From assembly GCA_047947115.1 (NCBI GenBank), contig CP170459.1, positions 416,001 through 480,000 of the forward strand: a stretch of 64,000 nucleotides of DNA, given 5' to 3'. The stretch is from Verrucomicrobiota bacterium. GTDB taxonomy: Bacteria; Verrucomicrobiota; Verrucomicrobiia; Limisphaerales; AAA164-E04. This document shows, in pieces, positions 63,301 to 64,000 of the stretch. The first letter of the stretch is position 1, and every line of letters begins with the position of its first letter. The notes below the pieces were generated by a model, which worked only from the letters and a program-made list of their open reading frames with translations, did no database searches and had not been told where the DNA came from. The translations under genes and the position numbers were made by a program.

Positions 63301-64000
63301 TTCAAATCGAGCGGTGGCGGCATTGGTGCTCACTACATCGAACAGGAAGTAATTTTCCACTTCAGCATCATCCGACACCAAGTTATCTCCCACCGTAAAC
63401 TCAATCGACTCTCCATCAGCCAGACGAATGATGTTATAAGGCAAAGTCGTCTCGGTTACCTTGATGGTGTAATCCACATCGGTTTGGTTCGGTTCCGCGT
63501 TGTAAACGCCGATGTAGTAGGATCCTGGCAGGATGTTGGCCGGAGGCCGGTTCGTTATCAGGATCTGGTCAATCTGCAGACCGGGCAACTCTGAATGCTG
63601 GTCAAATACCCTGATCGTTGGCAATGGCAGGCCGTGCTTCTCAACCATGTTCACATCCCCGTTAAGAGGCTCCAGTTCGAAATTGAGTTGAGCAACATTT
63701 GATCCGGCGGGGTAACGATAGTACTGCATCTCCAGATCATCAGTGAAAGGAATCTGATTCGTGAACGCTATCATGTTTGTCAGCGTGATCACCTGGATAT
63801 CATCGGCGTCAAACTGCAAACAAAGCTCGTATTCCTGCAAAGTATCGGAATGATTGTTGGCAACGGCCAGATAGTAACGCTGCCCTGGCTGCAACACCGG
63901 TTCCGGCAAGGTGCCTAATTGATTGGTTGCAGGGTCAAAGAAAGTCATCCCTTCCAGAGAAATCACCATTCCTTCTCCGTCACCATCACCATTGTAATTG
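60355..64000 (-). CDS. Giant surface protein (5' part outside the window): PPC-like repeats followed by 8 tandem small beta-domains
   Basis: Frame is open to 64000. At least 4 PPC-like units (YYxFxV..GxxDLxxK...PT...G.W(Y/F)xAVxN), then 7 Cys-pair modules and 1 terminal Cys-free module, joined by Pro/Gly linkers. Confidence 0.9.
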   Translation of the reverse strand, partial: NYNGDGDGEGMVISLEGMTFFDPATNQLGTLPEPVLQPGQRYYLAVANNHSDTLQEYELCLQFDADDIQVITLTNMIAFTNQIPFTDDLEMQYYRYPAGSNVAQLNFELEPLNGDVNMVEKHGLPLPTIRVFDQHSELPGLQIDQILITNRPPANILPGSYYIGVYNAEPNQTDVDYTIKVTETTLPYNIIRLADGESIEFTVGDNLVSDDAEVENYFLFDVVSTNAATARFEILNADGDAQFLLKQEELPTQIDNDRSSTVIGDRPGSGKILVHTNDVLPSVSGRWFMSVLNQRTEDLNFTIRASLEVDAPWVTTLTNQLWMTNTVAIKQDGFPEEMDYYRFVVDPAAEEVEFVVEPIMGGDDANVDLILKKGSIPTLADLDVSSENGGSEIERITLDASSAIPVSGGEWFMAVVNRETSDEVTYRVRASQAVDFAPIPLENGVWFTNVITGNPPGAPTVPVLYYFDVDQNAVDTTFTLSNLEGGLNGNIDLLVKLDSAPTLSDFDAASVNAGIVDEIVVLTKNSSPALQSGRWYLAVINRGITDVDYRIKAEQQVEIVEDVIEVPSDILFQGNQICVSWESEMGQTYWVEGKVLEADPVWDGLAGPIVATDILSEQCFDFPIEHQIFRVVIRTKQEPPEPPVFYIDPVVALKGNQICLSWDATVGQRYSIQGRTSLTDVDWTEIEQALAAMEVMEYCIDVNTPFRYFRIEPVDGPVPPVPTTIDPVLALVDNQLCLTWVSEVNRNYTVQGKQTLSAGDWDDVASVLAAAESTVYCVVIDTPYQYFRIIAGEQGEPPALGPFVDVALRLAGGQICLDWVSEAGRSYQIEGVVSLDASDWTVIETVTADTGATSYCIDLPSEYRFLRVRAGDGSEPPPVDGDVFIDAVLSLVDDQICLEWSSQAGDVFTIEARSGLLDVAWEEVEQVVAVGETTRFCADLPTVYRFFRVRVGGVVTPPDNQEVVGFIDPTLALDNTGQLCLGWSSTPGSAYVVQGVEVLGSSDWKDIERVTADQVDTRYCLGLPTVYRSFRIAELADSPDPGLEPEPSVSSYIDPVLAVSDNQICLTWQPLEGKSYQVQGLFDIQSDQWEVIDSLAASVDSLTHCIALPSSHQFYRIALVDGVVAGDGQGVGGGVIPATIDSVTLENGQVKVKWTGVSGMAYRVSFADALGGPWLEIPETVSSGTNSFEFSDDGSLTGGLQSPRFYRVDQLPTP

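Overview
Bacterial chromosomal window, about 52% GC by eye. The gene content (PEP-CTERM, prepilin/H-X9-DG, DUF2851, PQQ-propeller, Tat-exported sugar enzymes, giant LamG/DxDxDG surface proteins) points to Verrucomicrobiota, probably the Pedosphaerales/Limisphaerales group; this placement is an inference. Core genes are pyrD, gdhA, def, rpoN, selA, selB and a half-length carB. Main points: (1) A compact 10-kb locus (43.1-53.0 kb) encodes what looks like a complete extracellular electron-transfer chain: a 9-heme cytochrome with a C-terminal surface-type module, an MtrA-like 8-heme protein, an MtrB-like porin, a basic monoheme cytochrome, and a pentaheme/4Fe-4S/NrfD quinol module with no catalytic subunit. 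(2) An in-frame UGA near the start of a NahK/APH-family kinase sits in a perfect 15-bp stem topped by a SECIS-like stem-loop, 10 kb from selAB. (3) A promoter- and terminator-bounded structured RNA candidate (6S-like) lies upstream of def. (4) A recurrent ~65-aa W..Y..W..F(Y)R module occurs in three unrelated secreted proteins. Three genes carry lesions (TAA, TGA, a frameshift), so read or assembly error must be excluded. I saw no rRNA, tRNA, CRISPR array or transposase.
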